This document shows, one piece after another, positions 56,124 to 64,000 of a stretch of DNA of 64,000 bases. The translations under genes were made by a program, and so were the position numbers. Every line of letters begins with the position of its first letter. Position 1 is the first letter of the stretch. Origin of the DNA: an uncultured Spirosoma sp. (GTDB lineage: Bacteria > Bacteroidota > Bacteroidia > Cytophagales > Spirosomataceae); the NCBI GenBank assembly GCA_964244845.1, contig CAXTKE010000014.1, forward strand, positions 86,048-150,047, read 5' to 3'. The notes beneath the pieces are model-generated. The model saw only the letters and a list, made by a program, of their open reading frames with translations. It was not told the origin of the DNA and searched no databases.

Positions 56124-57080
56124 ATGAATACGCGCATTCGTTTAGCCCTCGACCGGACCCCAAACACCAACCATACCGGTTTTTATGTTGCCCTTGCCAA
56201 AGGAGCGTATGAACAGGTCGGTCTCGACGTAGAAATTATCTCTCCCGATACGGATAACTACCAGCGAACGCCCGCCCGACGTGTGTTGCAGGGGAACGCC
56301 GAACTGGCCATAACACCGTCTGAAAGCGTGGTGAGTTACCAGACAAACGGAACGCCCTTACTGGCTGTAGCTACCGTTCTGGCCCGCGATACCAGTGCTA
56401 TTGTCACGCTGAAGGAGAGTGGCATCGACAGCCCGAAAGAACTGGATGGTAAAGTGTATGCCTCGTATGGTGCCCGGTATGAAGACGATATTATCCGACA
56501 ACTGATTCAGAACGCCGACGGTCGCGGACAGTTTGTAGCCCATAAAGTAGGCTCACCGAGTTTATGGCGTGCGCTAACCACCCGCGAGGTGGATGCGGCC
56601 TGGTGCTGGCTGACCTGGGAGGGTGTTCAGGCCGATATTGAGGGCATTGACCTGAACCAGTTTCTGTTCGATGAGTACGAAATTCCGTATGGCTATAACC
56701 CCGTTCTGACAGGGCACAGTAACTGGATAGCAGAAAACGGGGATGCCCTTCGCCGGTTTCTGGAGGAAACAGCCGCTGGCTACCGGCTGGCGGTGAAAAA
56801 TCCCGATGAGGCAGCGCGGCTGCTCATGAAAACAGCGAATCATCCGATGCTGACCAAACGAAATTTTGTGGAGCAAAGCCAGCAAATGGTGTCGGGCTAT
56901 TACTTGGATGGCGAAGGCCACTGGGGATTTATGCACCGCAACGTTTGGGTATCATTCGTGAACTGGATGATTCGTAATCACCTGCTGACCAACCCCGACG
57001 GCGAGTTAATTCAACGCATGGACGTCGATACGCTGTTCACCAATAAGTATTTGGAGGGCGTTCCGGCCATGATGCGGTAA
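56124..57080 (+). CDS. NMT1/THI5-like substrate-binding-fold protein with no signal peptide
   Basis: LDRTPNTNHTGFYVA, SPKELDGKVYASYG, WEG, FTNKYL. Confidence 0.85.
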   Translation: MNTRIRLALDRTPNTNHTGFYVALAKGAYEQVGLDVEIISPDTDNYQRTPARRVLQGNAELAITPSESVVSYQTNGTPLLAVATVLARDTSAIVTLKESGIDSPKELDGKVYASYGARYEDDIIRQLIQNADGRGQFVAHKVGSPSLWRALTTREVDAAWCWLTWEGVQADIEGIDLNQFLFDEYEIPYGYNPVLTGHSNWIAENGDALRRFLEETAAGYRLAVKNPDEAARLLMKTANHPMLTKRNFVEQSQQMVSGYYLDGEGHWGFMHRNVWVSFVNWMIRNHLLTNPDGELIQRMDVDTLFTNKYLEGVPAMMR

Positions 57081-57102
57081 GCGTATTTGTTCAATAGTTA
57101 GT

Positions 57103-58083
57103 CTACCCGCCAATTGTCGCCATTGACTCACTGACGGTTTTTCGACCCTTTTCAGCCTCAAACCCATTGGCCGGACGATGGGCAAAAGCCTGCAAAAAGG
57201 CGGCTGTCAATTCCTCATCCGACGCACCCGATCTAAGCAACGCCCGAACATCGAGAACGCCATCGTCGTACAGGCAGGTTTTAAGTGTACCCTGAGCGGT
57301 GAGCCGAATGCGGTTACAAGTGCCGCAGAACGTCCGGCTGAAAGCAGCAATAATGCCAATTGTTCCCTGGTGGCCCGGAATCTGATATGTTGCCGAGGTC
57401 GAAAACGGTGGGTCAGGTAGTTTTTGCAGATCGGGGAAATGCGCCCGGATCTCGTCCACAATTCGTTTATGGGTCCAGTGGAGCACCGGATAGTGGCTTC
57501 CTTCACCATTGAAGGGCATTTCTTCAATAAACCGCACATCAACGGGTAAGGTACGGGTCAGGTCGGCCAGCGGAATCAGGTCCCGTATGTTCTGACCATC
57601 CATCACAACCGCATTGATTTTTGTCTGAATACCGGCTGACAGCAAGGCGTCGAGGGTTTTCAGCACGGCGGGTAGTTCGTCGCGCCGGGTAATCTGCCGG
57701 AACCGTTCGCGGTCGAGCGTATCCAAGCTCAGGTTTACGGATTTGACGCCTAATGCGGCCAGGTCAGCTACATGCGGAAATGTCAGAACGCCATTGGTTG
57801 TCAGCGAGATATCGTTTAATCCGTCAACAGCCGCCAGCCGATGCAGAAAATCCATCAGCCCCGCCCGCACAAACGGTTCTCCGCCCGTAATGCGCACTTT
57901 CTGAACGCCTAATCGGGCCAGCACCCGCACAACCCGCTCCATTTCCTCATAGGTCAGTACCTGATGTTTGGGCAGGTATTTGATGCCTTCTTCGGGCATG
58001 CAGTAAAAGCACCGCAGGTTGCAGCGGTCCGTCACGGCCAGCCGAAGGTAGGTAATGGGGCGATTGTGGTTGTCGTAAATCAT
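57103..58083 (-). CDS. moaA: GTP 3',8-cyclase
   Basis: YLRLAVTDRCNLRCFYC, ITGGEP, RFIEEMP, FCGTCNRIRLT...LKTCL, C-terminal IGG; start ATG at 58083. Confidence 0.96.
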   Translation of the reverse strand: MIYDNHNRPITYLRLAVTDRCNLRCFYCMPEEGIKYLPKHQVLTYEEMERVVRVLARLGVQKVRITGGEPFVRAGLMDFLHRLAAVDGLNDISLTTNGVLTFPHVADLAALGVKSVNLSLDTLDRERFRQITRRDELPAVLKTLDALLSAGIQTKINAVVMDGQNIRDLIPLADLTRTLPVDVRFIEEMPFNGEGSHYPVLHWTHKRIVDEIRAHFPDLQKLPDPPFSTSATYQIPGHQGTIGIIAAFSRTFCGTCNRIRLTAQGTLKTCLYDDGVLDVRALLRSGASDEELTAAFLQAFAHRPANGFEAEKGRKTVSESMATIGG

Positions 58084-58094
58084 GCGGTATTGGT

Positions 58095-58185
58095 CAAATC
58101 CTGTCACCGGGAAACAAGAGATGTCATCTTTAGAAAGACTGTCAATAAAAAGATGACATCTCTTGTTTCCCGGTGACAGGATTTG
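58095..58185. repeat. Perfect 37-bp inverted repeat in the moaA leader
   Basis: caaatcctgtcaccgggaaacaagagatgtcatcttt ... aaagatgacatctcttgtttcccggtgacaggatttg. Confidence 0.9.
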
Positions 58186-58383
58186 TGACTCAATGGTCTA
58201 ACACAAAAGTACAATTTTTGATTGCATCGGCCAATCCATTCGGTGGGGAGGTACGGGCTATGTAGGCCGGTCTGAACTACCGTCGGGAAAGAAAATTGAG
58301 TAAAAATACGGACATACTGGGGTTGAGTAGATTTTGTTTAAAAATTAGTATTATTTTTGTGAAAAGTTTCCTTAATAACAGTT

Positions 58384-58923
58384 GTGAAAAAAGCGGTTTC
58401 CATCGGTCTCTTTGGCCTCTTCCTCTACCATACGCTGGCTTATGTGCTGGTGTTTATCGGTACGTGGTGGCAGGCGGAACACGACCTGTCGGAGCGGCTT
58501 CTGGTCTACCGCTCGGTGGATAGTATCGTTGAGTTCCAAATTCCTCTGAAAGACAAGCCCGATGCCAGTGCCATGACCCGCACAACATCCGACGGATTCA
58601 GCTACCGGGGTCAGTACTTCAGTGTGGTAAGCGTTGAGGTTCGGGGTGATACGCTGCATATTGCCGGGCTACAGTCAGAAAACCCTTCATTCTGGAGGAG
58701 CGACCTGCTTTCGTTCCTGAACGATCATATTACGGGCACGACCGATTCGCACCAGAAGGCGAATAAACTGCTTAAGTTTCTGCTTAAAGAATACTCCCCC
58801 AATCCCCGGGCGGTTTTCGATTTTCTTCCCCCCAACTGGCGCGAAAGTGTCCGCATTCCCAACATTTTGTTTGTGTTTGCCGCCCGCGCCCTGCCCGTTC
58901 ATTCGCCCCCTCCCGAAGCCTGA
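58384..58923 (+). CDS. Membrane-anchored leader protein ending in HSPPP (DUF2946/CruR-like architecture)
   Basis: N-terminal TM, soluble domain, C-terminal RALPVHSPPPEA; TATTTTTG -7 box at 58352-58359. Confidence 0.7.
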   Translation: MKKAVSIGLFGLFLYHTLAYVLVFIGTWWQAEHDLSERLLVYRSVDSIVEFQIPLKDKPDASAMTRTTSDGFSYRGQYFSVVSVEVRGDTLHIAGLQSENPSFWRSDLLSFLNDHITGTTDSHQKANKLLKFLLKEYSPNPRAVFDFLPPNWRESVRIPNILFVFAARALPVHSPPPEA

Positions 58924-59320
58924 GGTACGTAGCCTATCGTGCCGCGATTGGTTCGGCGAATTCACTTTCTTATTCCTGATTAACCGGAGCAGCGGCTTGT
59001 TAAAGCCACGCTCAACGCGTTAATTATCGGCTTTCTTACCCGTGGTCTGTGGCTTGAGTGCCTGTCTGACCGGGTTGGATTGCTGCTGTTGCTGTCATTA
59101 CTGCGTTCGTGGTAATACGATGCAACAGGGTGTTCTACGTGAATTCTCCTGATTTATCGCTGCCCGAAAGCCACCGGAGACTTGTATCGTTACAAGTCAG
59201 TTAACCGGTCAATTTTCAGCCAATGCATGTATTTCCTGTGATTTCACAGGTCTAAGGGCATCGACTTAGTCGGGCCTGCTGCACGGCATTACGTATTTTA
59301 TTTTCTCAGACTTTTCAAGT

Positions 59321-60436
59321 ATGAAATCGATTTATACCATCGTACTGGCTTTTGCCTGTATTCTATTTTCTAATGCGCTCGTATCGGCGCAGGGTTGCGT
59401 AGCGGTTCGGCACATGAGTTGCACGGCTCCGGCGGGTTCTGCCGATTATTTCAAGCAGCGCACGGGCCACTGGCAGGTGTCGGCAGGCTACCGTTTCTAC
59501 CGGTCATATAAACACTTTGTGGGCGATGTGGAGCAGAAACAACGCGTTGAGCAGGGCACACAGGTTATCAACGTGTCGCACGCCATTGATTTAGGGATTA
59601 CGTATATGGTCAATCAGCGACTTTCGTTTTCGGTCAATTTGCCACTTCAGGATAACGACCGCTCGTCGCTTTACGAACATTACGGCAACACGGCTGCACA
59701 GAATCCCGCCCAGAAACGGTTTCATACCGGCTCACAGGGTATTGGCGATCTGCGTATTTCGGGCAGCTACTGGCTGGTCAACCCCGCCAAACTGCCCAAA
59801 GCAAATCTATCGGCCGGGCTGGGTGTCAAACTGCCGACCGGTAACTATGGCGTAACCGACGATTTTCATAAACTGACCAAGGATGGGGTCGATTACACCA
59901 TCAATCAGCCTGTCGATCAGTCGATTCAGCTTGGCGATGGCGGTGTGGGCGTGAGCGTCGAACTTCAGGGATATGCGCAGATTACGAAAACGTTAACGGC
60001 CTATGCCAATGGGTTTTACCTCTTCAACCCCCGTGAAACGAATAGCACCGTCCGTAATCCGTCAGCCACAACGATTGACCTGGTAACGGGCAAATTCTCG
60101 GTGGCCGATCAGTTTGCGGCCCGCATCGGATTGAGTCAGTCTATTAAAGCGATTCCGGGTTTGGCCATCATGCTTGGCGGCCGGGTCGAAGGTGTTCCGG
60201 CTATTGATGCGTTCGGTGGGAGCCAGGGTTTCCGTCGTCCGGGGTACATCGTTTCGGTTGAGCCGGGCCTGTCGTACATGCGCCACAAAACAGCTATTGC
60301 CGCAACAGTGCCGGTGGCTGTTTATCGGAACCGCATTACAAGCTACGCCGACCGGCTCGATCCGCTGGGCCTCAAACATGGCGACGCTGCTTTCGCCGAT
60401 TACTTAGTTTCGGTCAACGTATCGCGCTGGTTTTAA
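59321..60436 (+). CDS. Outer membrane beta-barrel (MetA/phenol-degradation-like transporter) with N-terminal Cys/His motif
   Basis: Signal peptide then QGCVAVRHMSC; GIGDLRI, GVKLPTG, QLGDGG, SVEPGLSY, C-terminal Phe. Confidence 0.7.
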   Translation: MKSIYTIVLAFACILFSNALVSAQGCVAVRHMSCTAPAGSADYFKQRTGHWQVSAGYRFYRSYKHFVGDVEQKQRVEQGTQVINVSHAIDLGITYMVNQRLSFSVNLPLQDNDRSSLYEHYGNTAAQNPAQKRFHTGSQGIGDLRISGSYWLVNPAKLPKANLSAGLGVKLPTGNYGVTDDFHKLTKDGVDYTINQPVDQSIQLGDGGVGVSVELQGYAQITKTLTAYANGFYLFNPRETNSTVRNPSATTIDLVTGKFSVADQFAARIGLSQSIKAIPGLAIMLGGRVEGVPAIDAFGGSQGFRRPGYIVSVEPGLSYMRHKTAIAATVPVAVYRNRITSYADRLDPLGLKHGDAAFADYLVSVNVSRWF

Positions 60437-60526
60437 GTGATAAGTAATACAGAACGCTCACAGGCAGGGCGGTTGACTTTTATGCTCTGCCTGTGTAGCA
60501 CAGTTCATTTAGCAGGCTACTCAACC

Positions 60527-62758
60527 ATGAAATTAGTTGGTAATCAGTTCAGTAAATGGCTACTCAAATGCTTAGTAATTGCCTTGCTTAGTCAGTTTAT
60601 CCTGAATCAAACCGTCATGGCACATTCGTTTACATTACCCATAATAACCGATTCTCTTCCGACGCGGACCCTCAACCAGGTTACGGTAAAGGGTGTCCGC
60701 TTGACGGTTGTTGAGTCATTGCCCGATGTGCATGGTACGTATTTGATGGGCGGAAAGCGAAGTGAAGCCATTCAACTGTCGGAGATGGATGTGAACGTGG
60801 CTGAAAAAACGCCCCGGCAGGTATTCGCGCGGATTCCCGGCGTATTTGTTTATGACATGGATGGCACTGGAAATCAGATAAATATAGCAACGAGAGGCCT
60901 TGATCCACACCGGTCCTGGGAGAATAACGTTCGCCAGAACGGGGTCATTACCAACTCCGATATGTATGGTTATCCGGCCAGTCATTACTCGCCCCCGATG
61001 GAGAGCATAAGCCGGATCGAACTGGTTCGTGGCACGGCCTCGCTGCAATACGGAGCGCAGTTTGGGGGTATGCTCAATTACGTCACCAAAGGAGCCGACA
61101 CCACGCGCCAGATTGGTTTCGAGACGGTGAATTCGGTTGGTTCGTATGGGTTAAGAAGCGCTTACAACGCCCTTGGCGGACGCATCGGGAAATGGACGTA
61201 TTATGCGTATTACTACCGTCGGCATTCGGATGGGTATCGGGAAAATAGCCAGTCGAATGCCGAAGCCCAGTTTGGACGGTTGCAGTATCAGGCAACGCAG
61301 CGGCTGGGAATAACGGCAGAGTTTGGCCGATCAACCTACACCTACCAGATTCCCGGTCAATTAACGGATGCAATGTTCGCCCAGAATCCGCGTCAATCGA
61401 CCCGAAGCCGCAATTACTTTAACCCTGATATTTACATTCCGTCGGTAAAATTTGATTGGAAACATTCAGACCGGACGCGCTTTTTGTGGACGACATCGGC
61501 GGTTTTGGGTGCCCGAAACAGCGTGTTGTTCGACCGGTTGGCCAACGTACCCGACACCATTAGCCGGATCACGAAGCAGTACGCCCCCCGGCAGGTCGAC
61601 ATTGATAATTTCCATAGTTACACCACTGAATTTCGGGTACTGCACCGCTATACGCTGGGGAATATTGGTGCGACCATTGCGACCGGTGTCCAGTTAATCA
61701 GCACCGATCTGCACCGTCGGCAGTTAGGGGGCGGCACAACGGGTACGGATTTTGATTTATCATTGATTACTCCATTCCGGCGCGATATGCATTTTCGGAG
61801 CAGGAACGTTGCTTTGTTTGCCGAGAGCCAGTTCTCGCTTACCGACCGGCTGACCCTTTCGCCGGGTATTCGGGTCGAAAATGGGAAAACAGAATTTCGG
61901 GGCGCAATCGACTATTACGATCCCATCAATCTGCCAACGGACATCAACCACAAATTTGCGTTGTTGGGTATCAACGGTCAGTACCGGTTCAACGAGGCTG
62001 TTAAAGTGTATGGCGGCTGGTCGCAGGCGTACCGTCCGGTTATTTTCAAGGATATCATTCCGACGTCGGTTTACGAACGGATCGACAAGAATCTGAAAGA
62101 CGCCTATGGCTATAATGCCGAAATCGGTGTCGATGGCCGCTGGCAGGGATTGCATCTGAACATCACGGCGTTTGATTTGCTCTACCGAAATCGCTTAGGT
62201 ACGCTGCTGCTGACCAATACCGACGGAACGAACTACGTTTTTCGCACCAACATCGGCGACAGCCGAAGCACGGGTGTCGAAGCACTTATCGAAGGTCAAC
62301 TGATGCGCACCGCACGGGTTTCAATCAGCGGCTTTACCTCAACGGCCTACAACAACGCCCGTTACCTGAATGGGCGTGTGTCTGCCGGAACGGAAAACCG
62401 AATGGTTGCGGGCAATCAGGTGGAGTCGGCCCCGCGCTGGACCACCCGCAATGGCCTGACGGCCCGCTACGGAACGACCAGCCTGACGCTGCAATACAGC
62501 TATGTAAGCGAAACCTTTTCCGACGCGCTGAATACGCCCGTTGCTTCGGCCAATGGTGCCGTTGGGCCGGTACCGGCCTATAGCCTGTGGGACCTGAACG
62601 GCACCTGGCACAGTAAACGCGGGCTAACCATTCGCGGTAGTATCAACAACCTGCTGAACCAGCAATACTTTACCAAACGCCCGACATTTTATCCGGGGCC
62701 GGGTGTGTGGCCGTCCGATGGCCGCAGTGCCGTATTGACTGTTGGGCTTATTATTTAA
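60527..62758 (+). CDS. TonB-dependent receptor (FecA-like)
   Basis: RIPGVFVYD...RGLDPHRS, IELVRGTASLQYGAQFGGMLNYVTK, GSINNLLNQQYFT; probable start ATG at 60527. Confidence 0.92.
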   Translation: MKLVGNQFSKWLLKCLVIALLSQFILNQTVMAHSFTLPIITDSLPTRTLNQVTVKGVRLTVVESLPDVHGTYLMGGKRSEAIQLSEMDVNVAEKTPRQVFARIPGVFVYDMDGTGNQINIATRGLDPHRSWENNVRQNGVITNSDMYGYPASHYSPPMESISRIELVRGTASLQYGAQFGGMLNYVTKGADTTRQIGFETVNSVGSYGLRSAYNALGGRIGKWTYYAYYYRRHSDGYRENSQSNAEAQFGRLQYQATQRLGITAEFGRSTYTYQIPGQLTDAMFAQNPRQSTRSRNYFNPDIYIPSVKFDWKHSDRTRFLWTTSAVLGARNSVLFDRLANVPDTISRITKQYAPRQVDIDNFHSYTTEFRVLHRYTLGNIGATIATGVQLISTDLHRRQLGGGTTGTDFDLSLITPFRRDMHFRSRNVALFAESQFSLTDRLTLSPGIRVENGKTEFRGAIDYYDPINLPTDINHKFALLGINGQYRFNEAVKVYGGWSQAYRPVIFKDIIPTSVYERIDKNLKDAYGYNAEIGVDGRWQGLHLNITAFDLLYRNRLGTLLLTNTDGTNYVFRTNIGDSRSTGVEALIEGQLMRTARVSISGFTSTAYNNARYLNGRVSAGTENRMVAGNQVESAPRWTTRNGLTARYGTTSLTLQYSYVSETFSDALNTPVASANGAVGPVPAYSLWDLNGTWHSKRGLTIRGSINNLLNQQYFTKRPTFYPGPGVWPSDGRSAVLTVGLII

Positions 62759-62791
62759 CATTCCATCGTACTATTAATTAAATACCAACCA

Positions 62792-63688
62792 ATGAAAACA
62801 AGTTTAAACTATCTGCTCTTTGCATCCCTGCTGACGCCTTTGGTGGCTCAGGCGCAGATGCCACACGATGCGATTTACATGCGTAAAGGCTCGGTGTGTA
62901 TCGCGGCCATGTACGGGCATAGTTCCTGGAATCAATACTGGGAAAACACGCTAAAACGCGAGAATTTCAACATCGGTACGCACACGACCCAAAGCGCGAT
63001 GCTGATGCCCGCCATCGGGATTAGCAATCGGGTGAACGTTATTCTGAGCCTGCCCTACGTCTGGACCAGCACCAGCGCGGGTAACCTCATGGGGCAGAAG
63101 GGCGTGCAGGACCTGTCGGCCTGGCTGAAAGTGAAAGCTGTGCAGACTGGCGGGTTTTCGCTCAACGCCATCGTGGGCGGGTCAATTCCGGTGGGTAACT
63201 ACGTGCCGGATTTTCTGCCTATGTCTATCGGGTTGCAGTGCCGCACCTTTACCGGACGACTGTTGGCTAATTATAGAGAACCCAAAACGGGCCTGTACGT
63301 GACCGCGCATGGCAGCTACGGCTGGCGGAGTAACATCAAAGTTGACCGGGATGCGTATCAGGCCAACGACCGGGTTTATAACACGAATGTAGTAGGTGTT
63401 CCGAATGTGTATGATGCGGCAGTTCGGTTGGGTGTTTTGCGTAAAGGGTGGCAAACCGAAGTGTGGGCTGAACGGTCGGCCTGCCTTAATGGAGACAACA
63501 TTCGCCGGAACGATATGCCATTCCCAACCAACAACATGCAGGCCACATCAGTGGGCTGGTATGGCAAAGTGCAGCCCCGCAACGTTGGCGTTAATGCCCG
63601 CGTCGGGTATGTGGTCGATGGGTTGAACGTTGGGCAGAGCACCAGCTATATGGTGGGGGTTTTATATCAAATCAATTTTAAGAAATAA
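62792..63688 (+). CDS. Second outer membrane beta-barrel / transporter-like protein
   Basis: Signal peptide, GVQDLSAWLK, amphipathic strands, C-terminal YQINF. Confidence 0.68.
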   Translation: MKTSLNYLLFASLLTPLVAQAQMPHDAIYMRKGSVCIAAMYGHSSWNQYWENTLKRENFNIGTHTTQSAMLMPAIGISNRVNVILSLPYVWTSTSAGNLMGQKGVQDLSAWLKVKAVQTGGFSLNAIVGGSIPVGNYVPDFLPMSIGLQCRTFTGRLLANYREPKTGLYVTAHGSYGWRSNIKVDRDAYQANDRVYNTNVVGVPNVYDAAVRLGVLRKGWQTEVWAERSACLNGDNIRRNDMPFPTNNMQATSVGWYGKVQPRNVGVNARVGYVVDGLNVGQSTSYMVGVLYQINFKK

Positions 63689-63707
63689 GCGCAGCAGCCG
63701 TAATATC

Positions 63708-64000
63708 ATGAAAAAATATAGTCAACTACTTACCATTAGCTGTTTCACCCTTGCGTTGTCGGCTGCGGTTATATCCTGCGACAAAAGCATTTCGGAACCG
63801 CAGCGCGTGGGCTATACGCCCGCCAGTGTCGACGATAAAGCCGGTGCGTGGAAAACCTACGTGATCACCGCCCCTACCGACGTAACGGTGGCTTCACCAA
63901 CGGCCGTCACATCGGCCGAATACATAGCTGAACTGGCTGATCTTAAGTCGAAATCGGCCAGTTTAACGCAGGAACAGCAGGAAGCCGTTGTGTATTGGGG
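63708..64000 (+). CDS. Lipoprotein, probable vanadium-haloperoxidase/PAP2 superfamily (partial)
   Basis: Not in the ORF track. MKKYSQ...VISC lipobox, then AGAWKTYVI...SPTAVTSAEYIAELADLK...LTQEQQEAVVYW, resembling the PxxxSxxYxxEL...T.EQ...xYW segment of that family. Catalytic motifs lie beyond the window. Confidence 0.55.
   Translation, partial: MKKYSQLLTISCFTLALSAAVISCDKSISEPQRVGYTPASVDDKAGAWKTYVITAPTDVTVASPTAVTSAEYIAELADLKSKSASLTQEQQEAVVYW

Noticed and set aside
58186-58330. Moco/Wco riboswitch upstream of moaA
   Set aside because: I could not match the conserved multi-stem pattern by eye; an Infernal search with the Rfam Moco model would be needed.
1-64000. tRNA, rRNA, tmRNA or other known structured ncRNA genes
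   Set aside because: No cloverleaf or conserved rRNA signature was seen in any intergenic gap; a tRNAscan or Rfam run was not possible.

Overview
This is a 64-kb chromosomal window from a Bacteroidota (Cytophagales, Spirosoma-like) bacterium, judged from SusC/SusD pairs, TAnnTTTG promoter boxes and protein content. Most of it is housekeeping and envelope genes: xylB (partial), a GH78 rhamnosidase, an MsrPQ-like pair, patatin, two tandem SusC/SusD pairs, cyanophycinase-like S51, OmpA, Nth, a GH3/beta-lactamase fusion, ECF sigma/anti-sigma, AlgI/AlgJ-like genes, galU, aspS, M20 amidohydrolase and moaA. I found no rRNA, tRNA, CRISPR array, integrase or transposase. Five things stand out. (1) A stand-alone phage-type recombination module at 39.0-41.7 kb: a RecE/DUF3799 exonuclease, an unrecognised 212-aa partner and a small ORF, facing a CI-like HTH gene, with two matching TTACAT-N6-(A/G)TGTAA palindromes. 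(2) A plant-type glucuronokinase-like GHMP kinase directly upstream of galU, a candidate bacterial UDP-glucuronate salvage route. (3) A small defence islet at 51.3-54.9 kb: an SBD-HNH nuclease, a DUF2442 pseudogene, and an ATPase plus 76-aa pair sandwiched between a nonsense-mutated cysteine desulfurase and a decayed copy of that gene's 3' end. (4) A putative metal-uptake operon at 58.4-64 kb led by an ORF ending HSPPP, with two beta-barrels, a TonB receptor and a vanadium-haloperoxidase/PAP2-like lipoprotein. (5) Many intergenic palindromes, including nine built from 7-9-nt tandem units that always put the G-rich arm first. All family assignments come from motif recognition by eye; no searches were run.
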